In this document: one piece after another, positions 19,971 to 29,461 of the stretch
How positions within the stretch are numbered: the first letter of the stretch is position 1
How the letters are laid out: each line of letters begins with the position of its first letter
Assembly (NCBI GenBank): GCA_963802145.1
Contig: CAWDHN010000006.1
Coordinates: 7,434 to 71,433, forward strand
Length of the DNA: 64,000 nt
Direction of reading: 5' to 3'
Source: an uncultured Rikenellaceae bacterium
GTDB lineage: Bacteria > Bacteroidota > Bacteroidia > Bacteroidales > VadinHA17
The notes under the pieces: generated by a model
What the model was told of the DNA's origin: nothing
Seen by the model: only the letters and a program-made list of their open reading frames with translations
The model's database searches: none
Translations under genes and position numbers: made by a program

Positions 19971-21512
19971 TTACTGCCTGTCACGCGCCACTCTCCCGGC
20001 CACCAGCATGCCGTCGACTGCCGATGAGACGATGCCTCCGGCGTAGCCCGCTCCTTCACCTGCAGGAAATAATCCTTCAACATTGATCGCATTGAGCTTT
20101 TCAGGGTCACGGGTTATACGCACCGGCGAGGAGGTACGTGATTCCACTGCTGCCACGAGGGCCTCACCCGTAAGATAACCCTTCATCTTCTTCCCGAAAT
20201 CCCTGAACCCCTCACGCAACCGCATGGAGATCTCCTGTGGCAGCCACTCGTGCAGTGGCGAGGCCGTCAGGCCGGGGAAATATGATCCCTCCGGCAGTGT
20301 TGCCGATGCTCTTCCATCAACAAAATCAGTGAGCCTCTGTGCCGGAGCCCGCTGTGTCATGCCTCCTTCCCTCCATGAAAGCTGTTCAAGGAACGACTGG
20401 TATTCCAGCCCTGCAAGGGCTCCTCCCCCATAATGTATCGCATCCTCCTCCCTTATCTCCGTGACAATGCCGCTGTTTGCCCACCGCGAGTTGCGCCGCG
20501 ATGGTGACATGCCGTTCACCACCACCTCACCGGGACTGGTTGCCGAGGGTACCATGAAACCGCCGGGGCACATGCAGAATGAGTATACGCCGCGGCCACC
20601 GGCCTGCGTCACCAGGTTGTATGCGGCAGCCGGGAGGTACTGGCCTCTCGCCTTGCCGTGATACTGTATGCGGTCAATCAACTCCTGCGGATGCTCGACC
20701 CTGACTCCCATGGCAAACGGTTTGTATTCGAGACTCACTCCCAGGGAAGCGAGAATATGGTATATATCCCTTGCTGAATGGCCTGTGGCGAGAATAATAT
20801 CATCAGCCCTGAACTCCTCGTTGCCGTTGACTGTCACCCCCCGGAAGAGGCCGTTCTCAATCATCATTCCAGTGATGCGCTTCCCGAAGAGCACCTCTCC
20901 CCCTGCTCCGGTTATGCTCTCCCGTATTGCCGTTACGACTCCCGGCAGCCTGTCGGTGCCCAGATGGGGATGGGCCTCATACAGTATCGCCGGATCAGCA
21001 CCGTGCAGGACGAGCAATTCGACCACCCGGCGGTTGTCGCCTCTCTTCTTCGACCTGGTGTAGAGCTTTCCGTCAGAGAAGGTGCCTGCCCCGCCCTCAC
21101 CGAAGCAGTAATTTGAGTCTGAATCCACAATATGTTTTGTGCTGATGGCTGCCACATCCCTCTTGCGCTCCTTCACCTCCCTGCCCCGCTCCAGAATCAC
21201 AGGCTTCAGTCCCGCCTCAATCAGGCTCAGCGCCGCAAAGAGTCCAGCGGGGCCGCTGCCTGCCACGAGCACCTCCCTTGCCCGGGAGACATCCCTGACC
21301 TTCAGCGGCGGTATCACCTCAGGGGGTTCTCCGGCACCGATGATCTGAACGGTAATGTTGATTTTTATCTCCGGCCTGCGGGCATCAACGGATCGCCGGA
21401 CGATGCGCATGGTGAAATCATCCCTCCCGGTCTTCCTGACCAGATAAGTCCTGAGCGAAGCCTCGTCAAAGGCTGTCTGAGGAGGCAGAACCAGGCTCAG
21501 CTCCTCAGCCAT
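19971..21512 (-). CDS. FAD-dependent oxidoreductase (COG2509-like uncharacterised dehydrogenase)
   Basis: 513 aa with the dinucleotide-binding motif VLVAGSGPAGLFAAL and the C-terminal FPAGEGAGYAGGIVSSAVDG. Confidence 0.75.
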   Translation of the reverse strand: MAEELSLVLPPQTAFDEASLRTYLVRKTGRDDFTMRIVRRSVDARRPEIKINITVQIIGAGEPPEVIPPLKVRDVSRAREVLVAGSGPAGLFAALSLIEAGLKPVILERGREVKERKRDVAAISTKHIVDSDSNYCFGEGGAGTFSDGKLYTRSKKRGDNRRVVELLVLHGADPAILYEAHPHLGTDRLPGVVTAIRESITGAGGEVLFGKRITGMMIENGLFRGVTVNGNEEFRADDIILATGHSARDIYHILASLGVSLEYKPFAMGVRVEHPQELIDRIQYHGKARGQYLPAAAYNLVTQAGGRGVYSFCMCPGGFMVPSATSPGEVVVNGMSPSRRNSRWANSGIVTEIREEDAIHYGGGALAGLEYQSFLEQLSWREGGMTQRAPAQRLTDFVDGRASATLPEGSYFPGLTASPLHEWLPQEISMRLREGFRDFGKKMKGYLTGEALVAAVESRTSSPVRITRDPEKLNAINVEGLFPAGEGAGYAGGIVSSAVDGMLVAGRVARDRQ

Positions 21513-21514
21513 GA

Positions 21515-22237
21515 CTATTCAAAATGGAAAGAGAGAACCCACATCTGGGACCGCATCGACTGGATCGAATTGACGTATTCGGGATGACGGTCATCAGGTT
21601 CATGTACCAGGACGTCGAACAGGCCGTTGGACATCTTTGCTTCAATGGTGAGCTTGAAATATGGCAGGTAGAAGTCTATCCCCGCCCCTATCTCATAATA
21701 TAAGTCGGCCCTCTTCAGCCTCATCGATACGTTGCGCGAGTCATCATACTCCTTCTTGCCTGCCAGGTCATACCTGAAGTTCACGCCGCCGATAACATAA
21801 GGCCTGGAGTTGTTCAGCCTCATCCCCTTGTATTTTATGAGCAGAGGGAACTCGAGGAATGATGATTCCAGGATCTGCGTCTCCCCCCACAGGGTGCCGG
21901 TCGTATCGTAGAAATTAATGTTCCGCTGTCCGAATGAGACTCCCGGAAGGAACCTTATATCAAGATAGGTCGCCGGACGGTAGTCAGTGACAATCTGTAT
22001 GTTCAGGCCGGGTTTGAGAGAGACAACTTCAGCCTGGAGTGCGGACTCACTGTTCATTTTAATATTGAAGTCCATGGTGTTGGCTCCCATGCTGAAACCG
22101 AAATGCAGCAGCCTCTCGTCGTAATTCGAGTCATTCTTGGGTTTCGCTTTCTGTGCTGTCAGCACGACAGGGATCAATAGAAAGAGAAATATGGCAGTCC
22201 TTTTATTCACTGGTACGAAGAGTCCTAATAAACACAA
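21515..22237 (-). CDS. PorT-like outer membrane beta-barrel protein
   Basis: 240 aa with a signal peptide, alternating beta-strand pattern and a terminal F. It lies directly downstream of ubiE/menG, an arrangement I recall for porT/sprT in Bacteroidota. The family assignment is from memory. Confidence 0.55.
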   Translation of the reverse strand: MCLLGLFVPVNKRTAIFLFLLIPVVLTAQKAKPKNDSNYDERLLHFGFSMGANTMDFNIKMNSESALQAEVVSLKPGLNIQIVTDYRPATYLDIRFLPGVSFGQRNINFYDTTGTLWGETQILESSFLEFPLLIKYKGMRLNNSRPYVIGGVNFRYDLAGKKEYDDSRNVSMRLKRADLYYEIGAGIDFYLPYFKLTIEAKMSNGLFDVLVHEPDDRHPEYVNSIQSMRSQMWVLSFHFE

Positions 22238-22272
22238 CGCAAAAATTCCCGATTAATTGCATCCGGAATTCA

Positions 22273-23016
22273 TCATGGTCTGAAACCATGGTATATACTG
22301 GCTATCCCTCCTGTCAGCCTCGTCTGTTTCACCCCGGTAAAGCCCGCCAGTAGCATCAGTTCCAGGAACCGTTCATTGTCGGGAAATGACATCACCGATT
22401 CGGGCAGGTATGTATAGGCGTCAGGGTCGCCTGACACTTTCCTTCCTATCCGCGGAAGTATCCGTCTGAAATAGAGTCCGTATATCTGTTTCAGGGGGAA
22501 CCACGAGGGCCTGGAAAACTCCAGTACCATTATCATTCCTCCCGGTCTGAGTACCCTGCACATCTCGCGGAGGCCGGCACCTGTATCTTCAAAGTTACGG
22601 ACGCCGAAGGCAGACATCGTCACGTCAAATGTCCCGTCGCCAAATTCCATTGTCTGCGAGTCGCCCTTAACAAGCTCTATCCTCTCTCCGAGACCCATCC
22701 GGGTGATCTTCCGGCGGCCCTCCTCAAGCATCTTTCCGCTTATGTCTATCCCGGTGACCTTTTGCGGCCCGAGCTTCAGGGCCTCTATGGCCAGGTCACC
22801 TGTGCCCGTGGCCACATCAAGCATGGTTACCGGTCTGATATGAAAGCCTATGAGGTCAATCGCCCTGCTCCTCCAGCGTCTGTCGGTACCCATCGACAGG
22901 ATCCGGTTGAGCCTGTCATAATGCTTCGAAATGGAATCGAACATCGCCTCCACCTGTTCCTTCGGAGCACCTTTATGTTGTTTTTTGTCAGGCATCATTT
23001 TGCAATGGAGCGCCAA
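22273..23016 (-). CDS. ubiE: Demethylmenaquinone/ubiquinone methyltransferase
   Basis: Contains MFDSISKHYDRLNRILSMGTDRRWR and the SAM motif LDVATGTGDLA. The true start may be the MPDKK Met a few codons into the ORF. Confidence 0.9.
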   Translation of the reverse strand: MALHCKMMPDKKQHKGAPKEQVEAMFDSISKHYDRLNRILSMGTDRRWRSRAIDLIGFHIRPVTMLDVATGTGDLAIEALKLGPQKVTGIDISGKMLEEGRRKITRMGLGERIELVKGDSQTMEFGDGTFDVTMSAFGVRNFEDTGAGLREMCRVLRPGGMIMVLEFSRPSWFPLKQIYGLYFRRILPRIGRKVSGDPDAYTYLPESVMSFPDNERFLELMLLAGFTGVKQTRLTGGIASIYHGFRP

Positions 23017-23064
23017 AGATACCCTTAAAATTGTTTACATTTACCCCTCTTAAACAGATATCCC

Positions 23065-23829
23065 ATGAGAAAGACTGTACTTATCACCGGTGCAACCTCA
23101 GGCATCGGAGAAGCGACCGCAATCAAGTTCGCAGAAGCATCTGACAGACTAATTATTACAGGCAGAAGGAAAGAGAGACTTGACGAGCTCACCGGGCATC
23201 TTGTCACCACCTACGACGTAGAGGTCCTCTCTCTCTGTTTTGACGTAAGGGTAAAGAGTGAGGTGGATAAGCATCTCGGCAACCTCCCTGATGACTGGAA
23301 GAAGATAGATATCCTTGTCAACAATGCCGGGCTGGCAGTCGGACTCGGTCATATTGACAAAGGAGACACTGACGACTGGGACCGAATGATCGACACCAAT
23401 GTCAAGGGGCTGCTCTATGTCACCCGGGCTGTCTCTCCGGGGATGGTGGAGAGGGGTTCCGGTCACATAATAAATATCTCCTCCATTGCCGGCAAGGAGG
23501 TATATGAGAACGGGTCGGTCTACTGTGCATCCAAGCATGCCGTCGACGCTCTTTCGAAGGCGATGCGCATCGATCTGCTGAAGCACGGCATAAAAGTTAC
23601 GAACATAGCCCCGGGCATGGCGGAGACGGAGTTCTCCCTGGTACGCTTTAAGGGTGACAGTGACAGGGCATCTGCGGTTTATACCGGCATCCAGCCCCTG
23701 AGAGGCGAAGATATTGCAGAAGCAATCCATTATTGTACCAGCCTGCCGGATCACGTCTGCATTAATGATCTCGTGATCACTCCGAAGGCACAGGCAAACG
23801 CAACAAACAGTTACAGAAAAACAGAATAA
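23065..23829 (+). CDS. SDR-family NAD(P)-dependent oxidoreductase (YdfG-like)
   Basis: TGATSGIG cofactor motif, NNAG, and the catalytic YCASK. Confidence 0.88.
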   Translation: MRKTVLITGATSGIGEATAIKFAEASDRLIITGRRKERLDELTGHLVTTYDVEVLSLCFDVRVKSEVDKHLGNLPDDWKKIDILVNNAGLAVGLGHIDKGDTDDWDRMIDTNVKGLLYVTRAVSPGMVERGSGHIINISSIAGKEVYENGSVYCASKHAVDALSKAMRIDLLKHGIKVTNIAPGMAETEFSLVRFKGDSDRASAVYTGIQPLRGEDIAEAIHYCTSLPDHVCINDLVITPKAQANATNSYRKTE

Positions 23830-23831
23830 CA

Positions 23832-26800
23832 ATGAAAAGAACAATCCTTGTATCAATCCTGATCACTGCACTGCTTTCGATGGCAGTACAGGATATGAAT
23901 GGCATAAATACATCCGATACCAGGATGATGTCACAGCCGGCTGTCAGCCCATCACATATTGCTTTCATCTATGCAGAGGACCTTTGGGTAATGAATGCCG
24001 ACGGCTCCTCGCCCAGGCGGCTGACCGTGGATGAAGGGATCGAGTCTGACCCCTGCTTCTCTCCTGACGGTAAGCTGATTGCCTTCAGCGCCCAGTACGA
24101 CGGCAACACAGACGTCTTCATCATTCCTGTCGAAGGCGGCTTGCCCGTGAGGCTCACCTGGCACCCGGGAAACGACATTGTCAGTGGTTTTACCCCGAAT
24201 GGCACGAGTGTCTTGTTTTCATCTCAGAGGTCATCATTCACCAGCAGGTACACCCAGCTCTATACCATTGGTATCAGCGGCGGTTACCCCGTGAAGCTGC
24301 AGATACCCAACGCCTATGATGCAACATACTCTCCTGACGGCAGAAGGATGGCCTATATCCCGATAGCCCCCAGGCACGGTCAGTGGAAGAACTACAGGGG
24401 CGGGACAGTGTCAACCATCTGGGTATATGAATTTGCAGACCGCTCCGTGGTGAAAATTCCCCAGCCTGATGGAGGGTGCAATGACACTGAGCCAATGTGG
24501 ATCGGAGATAAAATATATTTCGTGAGCGACAGGAACGGTGAGTTGAACCTCTTTTCCTATAATGTCAGCGGGGGTGAGATCCTTCAGCTTACGAAATATG
24601 ACGATTTCCCTGTGCTGAAGGCTTCAGCCTCCACCGGCAGGATAGTCTTTGAACAGGCCGGTTATCTGCATTCTCTTGAGATTGCCACCGGTGCTGCGGC
24701 TAAACTGAAGGTGGGCATTGCAGCTGACCTGCTTGAATTGAGGCCCCGCTACATTCAGGGCCCTAACTACATCCGCAGCGGCGACATCTCCCCAACCGGC
24801 AGTCGCGTTGTGTTTGATTACAGGGGAGAGATTATCACACTTCCTGCCGAGAAGGGAGATCCGAGAAACATAACCCTTACCCCAGGTGCACATGAAACAT
24901 ACCCCTCCTGGTCACCTGACGGGAAGACAATCGCCTTTTTCTCCGATGCCTCGGGGGAATACACCCTCCACCTCAAGCCGCAGGACGGTAAAGGAGAACC
25001 GAAGATATTCACACTTCCGGGAACAGGTTTTTATGCTTTCCCGAAATGGTCACCAGACAGCAAAAAGATCACCTTCGTTGACAACGGGAGGAACTTTTAC
25101 CTGCTTGACATTCAGTCAGGAATAATCAACAAGATCGCTTCTGACGACCTGTACGTCCCGGACCCCTTCAGGGCAATGTCCGGCGACTGGTCATCAGACT
25201 CCAGATGGATCGCTTACACCAGAGTAATGCCAACTTACTTCAGGGTTGTCTACCTCTATTCCGTTGATCAGCAGAAGTCATTCCCCGTCACCGACGGATT
25301 GAGCGACGCCTCTGAACCGGTCTTCGATCCCAATGGAGAATATATTTATTTCTTTGCATCCACTGATGCCGGGCCGGTATTGAACTGGTTTGACCTTTCA
25401 TCGGCAGATATGAGGAGTACAAGCTCAATCTACCTCGTTACACTGAGAAAAGAGATCACCTCCCCCTTTGCAAAGGATAGTGATGAGGAGAAAGGCACAG
25501 AGGAGAAGGCTGATGCTGAGGCGCCTGCCCCCAATGCCCCCGGTAAAACCACAAAAAAAGATGCAAAGAAGGATCCTGCACCTGAGGTTAAGGCGAATTT
25601 GATGAAGATCGATACCGAAGGACTGCAGGAAAGAATTGTCAATGTACCGGTCTCTGCCGGCAACTATACCAATCTTGGAGTTGCCGCAACGGGAGAGATA
25701 CTCTACATTGAAAGGCCTGACGGTCAGGGCGCGTCGAAGCTTCACAAATATTCTGTAAAAGACAGGAAGGATGAGGAGGTGATGGAGCTTGACAACTACG
25801 CTGTCAGCGCTGACCGTAAGAAAATGCTCTATAACAAGGGGATGACATTCGGGATATCCGCCGCCGGCAAGAAGCCGGAACCGGGAAAAGGGATCCTCAA
25901 CACCGGAGCCCTCTCTGTCAGGATCGATCCGGTTGCCGAGTGGCCTCAGATATTTGACGAGGCATGGAGGATCAACCGCGATTACTTCTATGACCCGGGG
26001 ATGCATGGTGCCGACTGGAAGGCCATGAGGGTGAAGTATTCTCAGTTCCTGCCTGACGTTGCATGCAGAAGTGACCTCAACCGGGTGATACAGTGGATGT
26101 GCAGCGAACTCTCCGTTGGCCACCACAGGGTTGGCGGCGGCGACAGGATGAGCACTCCCCCGAGAGTGGGAGGCGGATTGCTTGGCGCCGACTTCAGCGT
26201 GGAAAACAACCGGTACCGTTTGAAGAAGATCTACGGCGGACTGAACTGGAGCCCCGACCTGAGGTCACCGCTGACAGAACCGGGACTGAACGTGAAGGAG
26301 GGTGAGTATATCCTTGCCATCGACGGTAAGGATGTCACAGCTGACAGGAATATACACTCATTCCTTGAAAATACAGACGGCAAGCTAATCGAGCTGACAG
26401 TAGGCCCCAATCCCGTTTATGCAGGATCAAGGGTGATAAAGGTTGTGCCTGTGGGCAATGAAAGCAGCCTGCGTAACCGCGACTGGGTAGAGGGGAACCT
26501 CAGGAAGGTGACCGAAGCCACGGACGGCCGCGTGGCATATGTCTATGTCCCCAATACATCAAACCAGGGACATGAGTATTTCAAGAGATATTTCTTCCCG
26601 CAGGCAGACAGGCAGGCGATCATCATTGATGAGAGGTTCAACGGAGGCGGATTGATAGCCGATTATTATATTGACCTTCTGCAGCGGCCCCTGCAGTCGT
26701 ACTGGAACATGCGCTACGGCAAAGACCTCAAGACACCCAGCGCTTCAATCCAGGGACCCAAGGTAATGATCATCGATGAGACAGCCGGATCAGGAGGGGA

Positions 26801-27131
26801 TATGCTTCCCTGGATGTTCAGGAAATTCAAGGTCGGAACACTTGTTGGCAAACGGACCTGGGGAGGCCTGGTGGGAACACTCGGATTTCCCGAGCTTATG
26901 GATGGAGGCATGGTGACGGCACCCAACCTGGCTATCTGGACTGACGAAGGTTTTATAGTGGAAAACGTAGGGGTGGCCCCGGACATTGAGGTTGAACAAT
27001 GGCCTGCAGATGTCATTGAGGGAAGGGATCCTCAGCTTGAGAAAGCCATTGAGGTGGCGCTCAGGGAGCTTGAGAAGAACCCGCCAGCCGAGCCGGTGAG
27101 GCCGCCATATCCGGTGAGGGTGAGGAAATAA
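23832..27131 (+). CDS. Tricorn-protease-like S41 peptidase (beta-propellers, PDZ, S41 domain)
   Basis: 1099 aa with a signal peptide, TolB/WD40-like repeats (SPDGK..IAF repeated), and a C-terminal S41 region (IDERFNGGG, TAGSGGD). Confidence 0.85.
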   Translation: MKRTILVSILITALLSMAVQDMNGINTSDTRMMSQPAVSPSHIAFIYAEDLWVMNADGSSPRRLTVDEGIESDPCFSPDGKLIAFSAQYDGNTDVFIIPVEGGLPVRLTWHPGNDIVSGFTPNGTSVLFSSQRSSFTSRYTQLYTIGISGGYPVKLQIPNAYDATYSPDGRRMAYIPIAPRHGQWKNYRGGTVSTIWVYEFADRSVVKIPQPDGGCNDTEPMWIGDKIYFVSDRNGELNLFSYNVSGGEILQLTKYDDFPVLKASASTGRIVFEQAGYLHSLEIATGAAAKLKVGIAADLLELRPRYIQGPNYIRSGDISPTGSRVVFDYRGEIITLPAEKGDPRNITLTPGAHETYPSWSPDGKTIAFFSDASGEYTLHLKPQDGKGEPKIFTLPGTGFYAFPKWSPDSKKITFVDNGRNFYLLDIQSGIINKIASDDLYVPDPFRAMSGDWSSDSRWIAYTRVMPTYFRVVYLYSVDQQKSFPVTDGLSDASEPVFDPNGEYIYFFASTDAGPVLNWFDLSSADMRSTSSIYLVTLRKEITSPFAKDSDEEKGTEEKADAEAPAPNAPGKTTKKDAKKDPAPEVKANLMKIDTEGLQERIVNVPVSAGNYTNLGVAATGEILYIERPDGQGASKLHKYSVKDRKDEEVMELDNYAVSADRKKMLYNKGMTFGISAAGKKPEPGKGILNTGALSVRIDPVAEWPQIFDEAWRINRDYFYDPGMHGADWKAMRVKYSQFLPDVACRSDLNRVIQWMCSELSVGHHRVGGGDRMSTPPRVGGGLLGADFSVENNRYRLKKIYGGLNWSPDLRSPLTEPGLNVKEGEYILAIDGKDVTADRNIHSFLENTDGKLIELTVGPNPVYAGSRVIKVVPVGNESSLRNRDWVEGNLRKVTEATDGRVAYVYVPNTSNQGHEYFKRYFFPQADRQAIIIDERFNGGGLIADYYIDLLQRPLQSYWNMRYGKDLKTPSASIQGPKVMIIDETAGSGGDMLPWMFRKFKVGTLVGKRTWGGLVGTLGFPELMDGGMVTAPNLAIWTDEGFIVENVGVAPDIEVEQWPADVIEGRDPQLEKAIEVALRELEKNPPAEPVRPPYPVRVRK

Positions 27132-27215
27132 AATTGCGATTTAAGATTTTCGATTGTCGATTTAAAAAACATTCGCAAATCGCAAATCGCAAATCGCAAA
27201 TCGCAAATCGCAAAT
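27132..27215 (+). repeat. Heptad-hairpin intergenic element, copy B (archetype)
   Basis: It starts at the base after the TAA stop (27129-31): AATTGCGATTTAAGATTTTCGATTGTCGATTTAAAAAACATT followed by (CGCAAAT)x6 at 27174-27215. The left arm is four degenerate NNGATTT heptads complementary to the right array. Confidence 0.9.
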
Positions 27216-27244
27216 ACTAACTACTTTCGACTAACCCCTCAGAC

Positions 27245-28324
27245 ATGTACGACCACAAATATCTGTTAGAATTCACCACTGAACTCTTCATGCGCATAGG
27301 CTGCAGCCGCGATGATGCCGGCGCTGTTGCCTCGGTGCTCATTGCTGCCGAGCTGCGCGGACACTCATCGCACGGCATGATAAGGATCAAGGAGTACTAT
27401 GACCTATGGAAGACAGGGCGGGTGAATGTAACCCCGGAGGTTAAGGTAGTTCACCAGACCCCTTCTACCGCTGTGGTCGACGGCGACAGGTGCTTCGGGA
27501 TGGTGGCAGGCATGAAGTCCATGAAGCTGGCTATTGAAAAGGCTGCGACCACTGGTACTGGGTGGGTGGCGACAAAAAACTCAAACCACTTCGGGATAGC
27601 CGGGTACTATGCCATGATGGCTCTTGAGCATGATATGGTAGGGATATGCGTCACTAACGCCAACCCCCTGGTGGTGCCCACCTGGTCGGTGAGCCGGTAC
27701 CTCGGTACCAATCCCCTTGCCGTGGCTGTACCGGCACTGCAGGAACCTCCCTTCATTGCCGATTTTGCCACTACCCCTATCGCCCGGGGAAAGCTCGCCG
27801 TATCCGAAAAGAAGGGCGAGAAGGTGCTGCTGGGATTTGTGCAGGATGCCGAGGGCAACCCGTCGGATGATCCTGGCATTCTTCGGCGTGGAGGCGGCAT
27901 GCTGACCCTTGGAGGCGATCGTCCCCACGGGAGCCATAAGGGTTACTGTATGGCAGCCGTGGTAGACATATTCAGTTCTGTCTTCAGCGGTGCCAACTTC
28001 GGGCCTTTTGTGCCACCAAGCGTGGCCTACCTGCCTGTGCCCGAAAACCAGCCGGGTGAGGGAACAGGACATTTCTTCGGGGCCATGCGCATCGATGCCT
28101 TCAGGCCGGCGGATGAATTCAAGAGCTCAATGGACCAGTGGATAAAAACATTTCGTAGTGCAAAACCGATAAAGGGGGAGACAAGGGTACTGATACCCGG
28201 TGATCCTGAACGGGAAGCAGAGGAGCAGAACAGGAAATCCGGAATTAAGCTGGTTCCTGCAGTGGTTGATGACCTCCGCACGCTGGCCACCACACTGGGA
28301 GTCGAATTCCGGGAAAGTGTCTGA
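27245..28324 (+). CDS. Ldh_2 family (malate/L-lactate/sulfolactate-type) dehydrogenase
   Basis: 359 aa containing GHSSHGMIRI, SNHFGIAGYY and GSHKGY, which are characteristic of the Ldh_2 family. Confidence 0.8.
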   Translation: MYDHKYLLEFTTELFMRIGCSRDDAGAVASVLIAAELRGHSSHGMIRIKEYYDLWKTGRVNVTPEVKVVHQTPSTAVVDGDRCFGMVAGMKSMKLAIEKAATTGTGWVATKNSNHFGIAGYYAMMALEHDMVGICVTNANPLVVPTWSVSRYLGTNPLAVAVPALQEPPFIADFATTPIARGKLAVSEKKGEKVLLGFVQDAEGNPSDDPGILRRGGGMLTLGGDRPHGSHKGYCMAAVVDIFSSVFSGANFGPFVPPSVAYLPVPENQPGEGTGHFFGAMRIDAFRPADEFKSSMDQWIKTFRSAKPIKGETRVLIPGDPEREAEEQNRKSGIKLVPAVVDDLRTLATTLGVEFRESV

Positions 28325-28440
28325 CGATGCCGGCGGCCGGTTAGCCACTGTCTGACATTCCTTATCCTCTTCGAGGAATTTTATTGGATTATAACCGTCT
28401 TTGCTACAATACTTTATGCGCTACGCGCAATTTTTCACCA

Positions 28441-28533
28441 CTGCTGACTGCCGTCCCGACGCACTTCGTGGCCGGGATTGAGCCTCCTCCTACGTCGGAG
28501 TCTCAAACTGCCGGCTGAGGACTTACCCTTCCC
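28441..28533 (+). repeat. Mosaic intergenic element G: heptads, conserved 60-nt two-hairpin core, GGCTGAGGAC module
   Basis: CTGCTGACTGCC, then the core 28453-28512 (GTCCCGACGCACTTCGTGGCCGGGATTGAGCCTCCTCCTACGTCGGAGTCTCAAACTGCC), then GGCTGAGGACTTACCCTTCCC. The core aligns with the reverse complement of 54203-54260. The last module aligns with 56663-56684. Confidence 0.8.
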
Positions 28534-28606
28534 TGCAATCTGGCTGCTCGCTGTAATGACCCACCGGGTCATTACTTAACGCTCGCCCCTCGACTGGTCT
28601 GCTGTC

Positions 28607-29350
28607 TCAGAAAACGAATCCCTGCCTCCGGATGACCTCAAGGTATTTTGCAGAGAAGAATTCGTTGTCAGCCTTCTTGTAACGAACATCAGTGAAGACC
28701 TGGGCAAGAGTTTTCTTGTTGTTCTCCGCAATGAACTGAAGGGAGTCATCACGGGCCTCCTTAGCCTTGTATATATCGTCAATCACTGACGGAGAATAAT
28801 CGCGATACCTCTCATAATGCACCACGGCCTCAAGCGGCAGCCTGTCAGGCTGCCCGGGTACCAGCGCCGGCCAGCCCACAGTTACTGTGGCGACAGGCAC
28901 CACCCCTCCTGGCAGCTCCAGAATATCGATGATCTTGTCAGCATTGTAGGTGACAGTACCCAGGTAGCATATACCCAACCCCTCCTCCTCGGCAGCATTG
29001 CAAACTGTCTGTGCGACAAGCAGTGCATCGATGGCAGCCGTCATGAAAGAGAGGAAATTGTCATAGCCGGGCTCCGCCTCGCGCTGCCGGCACCATCGGT
29101 TGAACCTGTTGAAGTCGGCACAGAAGGTCAGTATCACCGGCGCCTCCGTCACCATCGGCTGATTGAAGTGTGCCGGTGCCAGTCTTTTCTTCATCTCAGC
29201 ATCACGAGTCACTATAATGCTGTAAACCTGCATATTGCCCGTGGTTGAAGCCCTCGTGCCCGCAGTAAGAATCCGCTCAAGAAGCCTGCTCTCTATCTCC
29301 CTGTCCTCATACTTCCTGACTGTCCTCCTGGTAAAATATGTGCTGTTCAT
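28607..29350 (-). CDS. Nitroreductase-family NAD(P)H oxidoreductase (NfsA-like)
   Basis: 247 aa. The N-terminal RRTVRKY motif and overall length and pattern are typical of the nitroreductase fold. Confidence 0.78.
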   Translation of the reverse strand: MNSTYFTRRTVRKYEDREIESRLLERILTAGTRASTTGNMQVYSIIVTRDAEMKKRLAPAHFNQPMVTEAPVILTFCADFNRFNRWCRQREAEPGYDNFLSFMTAAIDALLVAQTVCNAAEEEGLGICYLGTVTYNADKIIDILELPGGVVPVATVTVGWPALVPGQPDRLPLEAVVHYERYRDYSPSVIDDIYKAKEARDDSLQFIAENNKKTLAQVFTDVRYKKADNEFFSAKYLEVIRRQGFVF

Positions 29351-29461
29351 CTCTGTTGCTGTTAATCCCCGGCAAAATAATTAAATAACGTTAAAAAATA
29401 CTCCTGCAAAATTCCTTATCTTACCTTAGCAATATAAATAAGCAACCCAAAACAACCCTTT

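Noticed and set aside
23149-23856. 235-aa minus-strand ORF covering the SDR gene
   Set aside because: It is antisense to an SDR gene with intact TGATSGIG and YxxxK motifs, and it has no motifs of its own.
25425-26126. 233-aa minus-strand ORF inside the tricorn-like protease gene
   Set aside because: It is an antisense shadow ORF. The plus-strand frame is continuous over 1099 aa with coherent domain architecture.
27174-27215. Heptamer arrays considered as a possible CRISPR array or a phase-variable microsatellite
   Set aside because: A 7-nt period with no spacers is incompatible with CRISPR. All arrays lie at gene 3' ends or in convergent gaps, not in promoters or coding 5' regions. Classic slipped-strand phase variation of expression is therefore unlikely.
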